64,000 nt of DNA, from contig OZ037770.1 in the NCBI GenBank assembly GCA_964035545.1, forward strand, positions 15,428,642-15,492,641, read 5' to 3'. Below, piece after piece: positions 22,859 to 35,500 of the stretch; the stretch's first letter is position 1, and each line of letters begins with the position of its first letter. The position numbers were made by a program, and so were the translations under genes. The stretch comes from Bugula neritina. Taxonomy: Eukaryota > Animalia > Bryozoa. The notes under the pieces were generated by a model that was not told the DNA's origin, searched no databases, and saw nothing but the letters and a program-made list of their open reading frames with translations.

Positions 22859-23574
22859 ATATACTAAACATGTTGATGATTTGTTGGTGTTGACTTTTTG
22901 TGAGAGTTTGATATACATTAAGTTGTCAGCGATTAGTTTGGTGACGAGAGGAAATAATGTCTAGACGCAGGGAGCTAATTAGACCAGTAAACCATCCTTC
23001 TGTATAAAAGAGCCGCGGTTTATCTGTCAACATACAGGTGGCAGTAGCGGCATAGATTATCTCGTAACAATAGACTGCAGCAGCTAGTAGCATGGTTGGT
23101 GCATTTCTGTTGTAAACGAGGCAATAAGAATTAATTAAATACTTAGAATAACTTTATTGTAAAATAAATACTATGTCCGCCCAAAATAGAATAAGAAAAT
23201 GACTTTAGTAAGCACTACTAATTATCACAACTAGCGCATTGTTATGCTGCGATAATATAAGAGTAAATCTCAACACAAGAGTTGAGTCATGGAAAGAAAA
23301 CTCTTTGAAATGCCGACACAAGACAGTAACTAGATATATTCAAAGTGATGACAACTTCCACATTAATATTTACTAACCAACACATAGTCAAAGCTCTAAG
23401 ACACATTGCATTGTGAGTCAGCTAGGGCAGTGCGAGACAAGTTAGAGATTTTAAAGTTATAGAAAAATTTACGTTAGCTTAAAAAAACTAATTCATTGCT
23501 TGCAGTACTGAACATAGAAGAACTGGCACTAATGTTAACAGAAAAGGATAAAGTGGATCAGCTAAAATTCGGGT

Positions 23575-26500
23575 CTATTCCGCGTCGATGTTATGAAGTT
23601 TTCGCACAACTTCCTTCAGATCGGGAAAGTCGGTAGCGACATGTTTCCTAATAACGAAGCTTTGCTCCACCCACTTGTATGGATCAGCCAGCATCCTCTC
23701 CCAGAATTCCTTCTGTCTTCCGGAAGCATCCATCCACTCTACGCTCTTCTTGTAGCTCGTACCTAAACACGACAGTGAAGGTCATGACCTCAGAACACGC
23801 CACAACATAGCTAGCCGGGGAAAGCAAACCATCAGCTCTTGAAACGCAGTCTGCACATCAATTAGCAAATAAATGATAGGTTTTGGTTAATTTAATTTTG
23901 AGCATTTAAAATAGTTCAGTTATTAAATTCAAAACTTCCGCCATGCTGGAATTATAAATAAAGAAGCTTCAGTTTGAGATAATCATTCTGATTTCGAGTT
24001 ACTATTTGCAGCTGAGCAGAGGACTGGCAAACTACACTTAGCAAAGGTTCCTATCAACATTTGAGGCAGGAAGGGTTGCGCTGTGCAGTAAACCACCCGA
24101 TATATTATATTAGTGCCGTAAGAGAACAAAACGCACACAAATCTGCAGCTAGTGGTCACTATTTACTCATACTTACGGTATACAGTCGAGTCTTCATCTA
24201 AAACAGCAGTTCAATACAAGATTACAAGTGTGTTGGTTTGCTGACAGCTAAACGCTGCCTTGGTCACACAAACAAGGGTGTCACTGAACACACTGACTGT
24301 CATTGATTCACAATTTATAGACCACTAAACCCAGTTAGGCTTGGAAAAGGTGGATTCATGCGGCCAATTAGCAGAGAGTTTACAGAAATGAGTAGGTTAG
24401 TGGTGACCATGGTGACGGTGTAAACAAACTGGAGGTACAGAATACAACATGCATTGAAAGAGAAAGTGTTTCAGATGACAGAGAAGGGCTACCGGAAACT
24501 AATTAGAATCAAATAGTAGTTGAGCTATGGTATAACACAACAAAATCAGATAAATAAGTGAATCTTTATTGTACTGTTCGTAAATTACAAACTTTAAACA
24601 TTAAAATACATATTTTTTCCTATATTTTGGCTCAAGTTGAAAGACACGGGATTGAGGTATAAAGTGAAGTCGTAATAAATTCAGAGAGCGAGTGGACCTA
24701 TCATAAACACCTATACAAGTTTATTGCATCATGAGTTCTTATACTTATTATAGCGTGAGTTCCTATACTTATTATAGCATGAGTTCCTATACTTATTATA
24801 GCGTGAGTTCCTATACTTATTATAGCATGAGTTCCTATACTTATTATAGCATGAGTTCCTATAACGAAATGAGGTGGAACAGTTTGATTTTATGAATAAG
24901 GAAAATGAAACCAAGTTTTACTCAGCGACCTTTGACCTTAGGGAATCCGGGAAATTAGGAGTTGTGTGCCCATAGCCTAGGAGCTTACTATCTTAGCCTC
25001 AGAGTTTACTAGACGCTCACCTGTACCCTTGCTGAACCTGAGTGCCCCGAGAAGATCGTGGTTTCCCAGTCTATCGTGATCCCAGATGGTCAGTTCCAGA
25101 GCACATTCGTCTAAATCCTCGGTAGTTTTCTGTAAGTGTTTACAGTATGCAGTACTTAATATACCATACTTACTATACTGTACTTACTATACAGTACTTA
25201 CTATACAATACTTACTATACAGTACTTACTATACAGTACTTACTATACAGTACTTACTATACAGTACTTACTATACAGTACTTACTATACAGTACTTAAT
25301 ATACTATACTTACTATACAGTACTTACTATACAGTACTTACTATACAGTACTTACTGTACAGTACTTACTATACAGTACTTACTTTACAGTACTTACTAT
25401 ACAGTACGTACTATACAGTACTTACTATACAGTACTTACTATACAGTACTTACTATACAGTATTATTTCTTAGAGTTTAGACTGAATTCCTTAGACAATG
25501 TGGAAGATATAATGCGGGCGGTACCTTAGTAAAAGTGAACATGTCCCCCCAGTAAGGGTTGAGAGAGTCTTTGATGATTTGTGTCTTGTGCTTCTGTTTA
25601 TCAGGGAGTAGCACACTGAAACAGACACAACTAGTAGCACACTGCAACAGACACAACTAGTAGCACACAGAGAGGACTACATACTCTTACATAACTCTTG
25701 TAGTATGGGGAATTGTCTGTCCACATCGTGAACAAAATACAACGCGTGGCATTATAAATTAATAGTCAAAATACAAGGAAGGAAAAGTTTACATTTCTGG
25801 ATTTACAGCAAAAATGAATCAAATTCTGAATAAAACTGAATCACAGCTTCCTATTGACATTCAAAAATATGTAACATATTACTTAAAAATAACTCAATAT
25901 ACTATTTGACGTATGACTTAACATCTTACGTGATATATGACTTAACATATGACTTAATATATCGGTACTTATAAATAACTTGACGTACCACTTGACGAAT
26001 GAGTCTCGTGTTCCATTTTTCTTGTACGGCAGATTCTTCGCAGTCAGTACTTTGACCTCAACCTCAGCCTTCTTAGCTTTCTCAGTTTTAGTCGCCTTCT
26101 TGGAGGGGACGCAGCGTAGAGCCACCGACAATTCTGTGGGCAGTTGCATCCTTGGAGACTCGGGCACCTTCAGTATCTGTAAATATGTTGAGAATGTTGA
26201 GAGAAGCTGACGATTACCACAACGTGATATTTCACGGAAGAGTTGCATATTACTCAGCCTGCTGCTAAAATTGCTGCCAAGTCAGTAAACTGGAGAGGAA
26301 CTAAACTTCTCTAACACACATTATATAAAGAGGGAAGAGCTTACAAACACAGAACTGAATTTAATAACACTTGCCTTGTTTCCTAGCGGGTACCACTTAG
26401 CTTCTTCACCATCTTCATGGAAAATGAATGAATCGAGAGTTACGTTCACCTCCCCGAGGAAGTCGTTAGTTCCCATTCTATGCACACTCCACACAGATAT

Positions 26501-29500
26501 CTAGAAAAATAGCAGGAGTTGCACTGGTGTACATAGTCACTGTGAGTACATGGTCACTGTGAGTACATAGTCACTGGTGTACATAGTCACTGTGAGTATA
26601 TAGTCACTGTGAGTACATAGTCACTGTGAGTATATAGTCACTGTGAGTACATAGTCACTGGTGTACATAGTCACTGTGAGTACATAGTCACTGTGAGTAC
26701 ATAGTCACTGTGAGTATATAGTCACTGTGAGTATAATATAGTCACTGTGAGTACACAGTACTGAGTCACTGTGAGTACATAGTCACTGTGAGTATACAGT
26801 ACTGAGTCACTGTGAGTACATAGTCACTGTGAGTACTGAGTCACTGTCACTCACCTGAAGAGTTCGGAAGAGTAACTGAGTCTCACTGAGAGTATATCTG
26901 AAAGTCTCGTTGAACTCGGGGTCGAGAGATGACTTCACGACCTTTGTCTTCCTTTTGCTGACTTTTTGAGTGCCAGATACGAGGTAACATTTCACGTAAC
27001 TGCAATAAATACATCAGATTCTATCAACTACATGACTATAACAAACATCAAACATGATCAATTTAGTAACTATAAAAATCAAATCAAGTACAGGGTGCAG
27101 CTTTAAACGTTGAATAAATAAATTATAAAAAATATTAAATAATTATGATTAATTTAGCAACTATATTATATATAAGAAATACAATGGACTTACTAACATA
27201 ATGAGCATGTTGAATAAATAGTTAAATTTTGACACCAGAAACAAACAACAACGAAATGTAATACAAATTATATATTAAAGTTCACAAATCTAAAATGTAT
27301 CTTGTTTCATTTAAAGAAGCCAAATTATGAAGAACAAGTGCAGAAGGATGGCGGGGAATGAGCAGGTAAAATAAAGTAATAAACTCAACAACACGCATAA
27401 ATCAATCAAAGTAGAAGAAATAAAACGCAGCGAAGAGGGAAATGGGGTACAAAGTGGCTTGGAACTGAAGCCAACTTGGCTCTTTCAATTCGAAATCTGA
27501 TTGCATAAATTAAACAGGAGAAGACAACACTTATTAATGAGTGTTGGAAACTTGTTGGTACTCGTAGATGATTAAAATACCGTCATAGTTTCCGGGGGAA
27601 ACAGTGAACTAGTTTTAATAAGTTGTGTAGGCAGCAGGTTCAGAATTTACTTTCTTAATCATCATTTAGGAATTAATTTGCAAGATATTACAACTCCTAG
27701 TAGACTTTTCATATGACAGATAAATCACACGTTAAGCTACTTCTAGAGCCTAGAAAACAGAAAGCAAATATATAAAGAAAATCACTGAATCACAAACTAA
27801 ATTATGTGGAGTAATTCAAAAGAATTTAGAAGATCAAGCATACACTACTCGTTGTGCAGCTTTAGCGTGACCCCCAATCGACCTTGAACCGGTCAGTCCG
27901 CACAGTAATCTGAAACTATCAGCAAAATAATCTATTCAAAATGTGTGAAATAATTTGAGTAATCAAAAACAAACTACATGTTCAACAATTTTAAAGAAGA
28001 AACTTGAATAGATTTGGAGAAATCCTCTTTTGACCGCTACTTGTGGGCGAGTTCACAAAATATGCAGAACAAAACATAACATCTATTCACAACATGAGGG
28101 AAAGAATCGAGCAGATAACTCTAACAGACAAATTGTACAACACTGAGATGCAAAATAATAGTCACAACATGAAACTTCCAACAAATATTCAAACAATATT
28201 CAATAAGACATTTAACAATTTACTAAGGGGCGTGTCCTATACACTAAGTGGGTGTGTCCTATGTACTAAGGGGTGTGGCCTATGAAAGTTGCCTTATACT
28301 GAATAGAATGTGTTATAAATGAAATTTTAGATATTTTTGAACTCTGGGAGGGAATAAAACTCAACTTAATGTGTGATTAGATAATAGGACATTTCTGCTA
28401 TAACAAAAGTGGGCGTATGCCAAGTAGAAGCTGATAAGACACGCCCCCAGGAAGCTAACATCTCGAGTAACAGCAAAAGCTTACCATTCAGTAGCCTGGG
28501 AACATAAACACACAAAGTAGTGATATGATGAACACTTCATACAAGTTTCTGTCAGAAAACCAAGTCATACACTATGGGTTTTTAACAAAAAGGTGAATCT
28601 AACTTTTGCATTTTACACTCTTTGCATTAATGGTGGGTAGAGGGGCAGTAGAGGAGTGCATACGACAATGGCACATAAAATCAGTGCGGGACCGTTATAT
28701 ATAACTCTGTACATTCAGTGCGGTACTGCTCACCCTAGCAGCATACTTACGGATCTGACGTGTTTTTCTTTTTATTGGCAGCGGTCAGTCCCCGACACTG
28801 GTTTACTGTGATGGTCAGAACCCCCGTCTTTTTCTCGTACCCCAGACTGAACTGTGAACAGAGTATAATACTGGCTGTATACGCCACTGTACACCCCCTT
28901 AGAGCTATATACACCTATTATACACCCCCTTAGTCAGCAGTATACACTACTTATCCACCTCTGAGGGAGGTTGTATCCACCCCTGAGGGAGGTTGTTAAT
29001 GCACCCAGCCTCTCTTCTACCATTTATGAATTCAAGGAGGAGGATATATAATACATGTAGGATAAACTATTAATATATTTTACTCATCAGTATTTTAAAT
29101 AACAAGGCATCTTTTACATAATAGGCTAACAATTATTACTGGCTGTAAAACCATCTGATGTTAAATGATAAGGCAAAGGACTAGTATATACAGTACTGGC
29201 ATCCTTACTATGGTTAGTTAATACATATAACATACCTGAATCTCTCCAGCTATCTCGTGTTTGTAGTAATCAGCTTCAGTGAAAGAGCTGTGTAGACTAT
29301 CTGTACTAACCTACAAGACAAAGTGCTAGTAGACATCAAGTAGAACGCACACTAGGAGAGGGGGGGGTGGCACACTACACAGCTAGCTGATGGTTAAACA
29401 CACCAAGAACTAAGTCTAAGAGTTATACAACAAGAAGCAACCACGTCAGACAGCAACTAAAGAGGGGTTGGGGGCATACAGCTGACAGAGGCAGCAAGGT

Positions 29501-32500
29501 TCTGGCTTGCTGCCAGCTGTAGCAGTTAGTGTTAAATGTGCTACACAAAGTGTATTTACTGAGTTTCTATAACTCCTTCTCACAGCTGCAAGAAGTAGCA
29601 AGACGTGCAGTTGCTGCCGGCTTTAAGTCAGCAAGAGAACCAATCAGCAGCACCCTGATGTCAGTGTGATCAGATTGGTTGGTTTCCCATAAGTGGATTC
29701 AAAAAGACATCTAAAGATCTAAAGCTATTGGAATAGTGGGACTCAAGCTAATCTAACTAATGGCTTCATGCAACACCCTTACCTGTGTCTGTATCGTGTG
29801 CTAAATATGCAAACAGTTACTATTATTATGGATAGAGTAGCCAATCAGCTGCAACTATACTCAGTAGTTATACGTCTGCTATATACTCAGTAGATATACG
29901 TGTGATATATACTCAGTAGTTATACGTCTGCTATATACTCAGTAGTTATACGTCTGCTATATACTCAGTAGATATACGTCTGCTATATACTCAGTAGTTA
30001 TACGTCTGCTATATACTCAGTAGATATACGTCTGCTATATACTCAGTAGTTATACGTCTGCTATATACTCAGTAGATATACGTCTGCTATATACTCAGTA
30101 GTTATATACTCAGTAGATATACGTCTGCTATATACTCAGTAGATATACGTCCGCTATATACTCAGTAGTTATACGTCTGCTACATACTCAGTAGTTATAT
30201 ACTCAGTAGTAATACGTCTGCTATATACTCAGTAGTTATACGTCTGCTACATACTCAGTAGTTATATACTCAGTAGTAATACGTCTGCTATATACTCAGT
30301 AGTTATACGTCTGCTATATACTCAGTAGATATACGTCCGCTATATACTCAGTAGTTATACGTCTGCTATATACTCAGTAGATATACGTCTGCTATATACT
30401 CAGTAGCTATACGTCTGATATATACTCAGTAGTTATACGTCTGCTATATACTCAGTAGTTATACTCAGTAGATATAGCAACATACAGACAAATGACCTCC
30501 CATCCTGGGAGATAGAGTGTCCTTCTTAGCTTGTCTGAAGATATTGTCAATATCTTCTTCTTCGAATACGTCAGAAGTTGGAGTTACGCTCCCTCCTTTC
30601 TTGTCCAGGGTGCTGGTAGCAGAATGTGACACGGCGGGATGTGATGTCATAGCAGTTACTTCCTGTAATGTAGAGTCAGCTGAATTAACACATTGCTGAT
30701 AGCTTAAATATAATAAGTGTGATATATTAGTCACCGAGGATTTTATTGAGTGCTGGGTTTAATTTAAGGAGTAACTTACAAGAGCACAAAGTTACTGTCA
30801 ACTCAATACGTACTGCAAACCCCTCGGGCTAATAGTGTTAAAAAACAATTAATTGAATCACAGAGTATTTTACGAGAGAATATATGTAACAGAGAAGCCC
30901 ATTGGTCTATACCTCGTGATCTGGGTCAATAGTAGCATAAGTAGCGCTATCAGTGTCGTCAGTGACGGATAGAGAAGGCACTTGCTTCACCACATTGGAG
31001 TAGGGCTCAGACGTCTGGGCGTCACCTTTACCTGAACATCCGTCTGGAGATAGTCTGTGGTCAGTTTCGTCAGTTTCATTCACGGCTGAAAAGTATGAGA
31101 GAACTGATGCTAAACTCAAACAGCTATGAATCCAATCTCTTTCCATTTGAATCGCATAATTTTAACCAATGAATGAGAAAAGTGAATCCATTTAACAGTC
31201 AGTCATACATCTACAGTTGAATGAGATAGGAGACTGGATGGAAAGGAGATGTTATGTAGAATAAACAGTCTGTTTGAGAACAACACAGATTGACAGATGT
31301 CTAAACATGAACTAGTTCTTGCATATGGGAGGTGGAGAATTAATAAAACACTGTAACAAATCTAATCAATTCTAAGAGCCATTAGTTAAAGTGAACTAGA
31401 CAAATATATACTTCTAGCTAGTGATGACACAATATACTTCTAGCTAGTGATGACACAATGTACTTCTAGTTAGAGATGACACAATATACTTCTAGCTAGT
31501 GATGACACAATATACTTCTAGCTAGTGATGACACAATATACTTCTAGCTAGAGATGACACAATGTACTTCTAGTTAGTGATGACACAATATACTTCTAGC
31601 TAGTGATGACACAATATACTTCTAGCTAGTGATGACACAATATACTTCTAGCTAGTGATGACACAATGTACTTCTAGTTAGAGATGACACAATATACTTC
31701 TAGCTAGAGATGACACAATATACTTCTAGTTACAGATGACACAATATACTTCTAGCTAGAGATGACACAATATACTTCTAGCTAGTGATGACACAATGTA
31801 CTTCTAGTTAGAGATGACACAATATACTTCTAGCTAGTGATGACACAATATACTTCTAGCTAGTGATGACATAATATACTTCTAGTTACAGATGACACAA
31901 TATACGTCTAGTTAGAGATGACACAATATACTTCTAGTTAGAGATGACACAATATACGTCTAGTTAGAGATGACACAATATACTTCTACCTAGTGATGAC
32001 ACAATATACTTCTAGCTAGAGATGACACAATGTATTTCTAGAGCTAAGTAAAGTCTCCACGGACAAGAAGAAAGAACCGAAACATTCTCTACCTAGCTGC
32101 AAATGCATGCTGCCATATCTGTGCCCATTGTCATCATGCTTGTCACTTACAGAGTCAGTCAGTAGATTGTCACTTTGAAAGTTATTAGAAAGGGGGAAGG
32201 AAAAACCACCGACACCAGCAGAAAGCAGAGGGGGCAGCACCAGCGACCCGGGGTTATTAGCGCAAGAATGAGAGGTGGAGAGGGAGAGGCACCCAGTGTT
32301 AGACACGGGAGGAGTGGAGTTAGACGGTAAAGGTGGAAGGGAAGAGAATTTAGAGGTGGGACGGTGAGATGGGTTAGTATGTGACGACTTCTTCTTTGAT
32401 CTCGAGTGCCAATTTATTCTTTTGGTCGTCAGTTTAGGAGAGAGGAGATTGAGCGAGTGAAAGTGACCTGAAAAGTTGAGTTCCTCGGCAGACGACGCAT

Positions 32501-35500
32501 CGTGCAGAGCTCCCTCTATGGCCTCCTTCAGACTCATGTCGGAGTTCCACATAGACATGCTGCCTGGTGCCGACACCTCAGGCTGAGAGTACCGGGTGAA
32601 GGAGTCCCAGTTCTTCTTGTACTTCTCAGGAGTGACTGGAGTGTCGCCCTCCATCGGCGTGATGAGTTGTGTGTCGACGGTGTCAGGTCTGATTACCAGC
32701 TTCAGCGCCTTCCTCTCCTCTAGCTTGGCGGGAGTAACGGAGAGATCTTCCACTGAGACCTCCCGGATGACGCTGAGACGAGGGGAGGGGTTGTAGCGGG
32801 CTGGCGCGACACTAGACTGGAGGGGCACGTCTGCAGGTTCCAACAGCTCCTCGTCTAAACTCACATCGCTCTCTTCGGATGAGTCACTGAAATCCTTCAG
32901 GAACTTTTCGGAGATGTCAATTGATCGTCGGCCAATCATTGGCGACTTCCTGTCCAGTTCAGGCGTGAGAGGGATTCTTCTCCGCATTGAAGGTGAGACT
33001 AGGTCATCGTGGGTGCCGTTGAGCGAGGGGTTAGCGAGAGAGTCAAAGCTGAGCTCAGAGTTGAGAGAGAAATTGTCAACCTGATCGAGAGAGTTGTTGG
33101 ACAAGGAAGCTACACTAGACGGAGCGCCAATACTTAAACGGGAACTACCAGATACATTACAGGGTGCTGATTGGCTGCCAGCGGCTGCGTGGACATCTGG
33201 ATCTGTCAACAAGATTACAAATATTCGATATTGATGAAAGATTGGAAAACAAAATGGAGATTGGAACAAAATTCATACAGTTTTATGCAGAGAGGGGTGG
33301 CAGGAAATTATAATAGGGATTTGAGAGGGGAAGGCAAGAGAACACAATTCTACAAAGCTCTACAATTAGAATCACAAGTAATCGACAAAGTAGTATGATA
33401 AACTTTCAGTGACTGAAGGGAATTAACTCTAGAGAAAATACACGAAAAATATGTCAATGATTAAAAATACATAAATATATTAATTATCTCAGAAGAGGTT
33501 AGAGTGGATTATTACAGGAGCTGGTGAAGGTTGATAGATAACATTGGATTAGGATGACTTGCTACAGGACATGAAAGAACAGGTTAAAGTGGCTTGGTAA
33601 AACTACTTGTAATAAACATTGTATTGAGAGGATAGAGGCAGTGAGCCAACTAAACACAAACAGGTTGAAAGCAGTAAAGCTAAATTGTAGCCTACCAAAC
33701 CAAACAATGTAGACACAGAGGGGTGGGGTATAACACAGAAGGCAAGGCATAAGTTTAGATTGAGCTAAGCTATTGCAATGCACTATGGGTGAGTCCACAG
33801 ACGAAGGCTGAATTCTTAACCATTCCTTAGAACACTGAGAAGAAAAAATATGTGGAATCAGCTTTATTTCACACAAGTCTTTCAACAAAATTTAGTTATT
33901 TAAAAAAGTCTTGTGAAACAAGTATTATACTAATAGTTATAAAAAGACAAGAAAGTACATAGCGTCAACGAGTTGAATAAAAAAGACTCATTTGAAAAAT
34001 TTGATTCAACTCAAAAATATGTCAGTGTTTAGAGTTGATATTATATAGAGCAGCGATATTAGCTAGGAAAAAGAGTATTAGAAGTGGTAAAGTCAGCGAC
34101 TGGTTAGAGAAAAGCAGCACACCTAGTTTAGCTGAAGGCTGGTCGTTAGGTGCAAGCACTGAGCAGCGTCTAAACTTAATCTGCGTCAGCTGCTCCACGG
34201 TGAAGTCGGAGCCGTCTGCTGCCGGATTAGATTCGGGCTGGAGACTTCCTGTCTCGCTGGTCGAGCTACAATCAATAAATATAGGAGATGGTTTGAATAA
34301 ATGGAGATGAGTTTATTTACAGGCGAACAAAGCGTTCCATAGATTGATTGCATATATCACAGACATGCCAACACGTTACGAATTCAGTGTAAATACTGGC
34401 TATAATATAAGTAGGCATGAACAAAATTGGGAAAAAAGTCAGAACTCTGTTGAATTATTTAAAACAAAAGATCATATAAAGTATTTACAAGTGTGTCGCA
34501 AAGAGCTATCCCCGCCCCACGCTCTTCTATATTTGATGGTAAATAGAGTCATATTCAACTCAAACAGTGACCATAAGTAAAAACACTCTGATGCTACAGA
34601 CGGCCCAGACTGTATCACAGACTGCGTCTCCATAGGTCAGACAGACAGCAAATTAGACAGCAAAGGGGGAGACTGACCTGTATCTCTGGTCAGGGGAGGT
34701 CAGGAGGTCAGCTGACTCCACAGATTTCTCGCTAGTCAGCCGCTCGTGAGAGGAGACAACTTCAGTAGGTAAAACCAGTTCAGATGAAGAGTTGCTTCCC
34801 CTGAGCTCTCGTGCTGCTGGAGGTAGAGATTCCTCGTCATCTGCCGGGATCTCCTCGTCAACCTTGATGCCCGCTTCACCGGGTTCACCGAGTTGGCTGG
34901 ACACACCTAAACGCAATGAGCACCACCCACCACCAGTGTGTGAGAGTGAGTAGGCGTACAGGTTCACAATATACGTCTAGCAGTTCCCCAGACAATGTTT
35001 AGAACAAGCAACAAGCTGAGCGTTACGTAAGAGAAACAAGGTTTGCCGTCTCCAGTGGTGACTGAATGGCTGACACAACGAATAAGCACGGGAAGAGAAA
35101 CGTGAAACCAGTTAGAGAGAGTGTTAGGAGACAGCATTGTGGTAGTGACCTTGACACAGTAGTATATCGTAGTACCTGGTAGAGTAGATGCGTGGGCAGA
35201 CGATCTGCTAACTGTGTCCTCGTCAGAGCTGCTGCCGCTACTGCTTCGCTGCCGATTAGTTACTTTACGCACCGTGTGGTGGGGGGAGACGTCCAGTGCC
35301 TCAGTTGAAGATTTCTGAAACAAAAAATAATATGATTATATATTATACTGTATTATATTATATATGTATTGTTGTTATAGCATATGTATTATATTCATAG
35401 TATATGTATTATATTAATATTTGTTAGTTGAATAATGGTTAGAAGAAAGAAGTTAGCAGTGAAGTGAAAAGAGTATTCCCAGTTAATTGGAGATTGTCTC

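Noticed and set aside
24926-24938. DR1-like cgacctttgacct element
   Set aside because: Single short motif in an intron with no supporting context; could be chance or repeat-derived.
29855-32042. Regular 26-bp arrays as possible CRISPR arrays
   Set aside because: Head-to-tail repeats with no unique spacers, no cas genes, eukaryotic introns.
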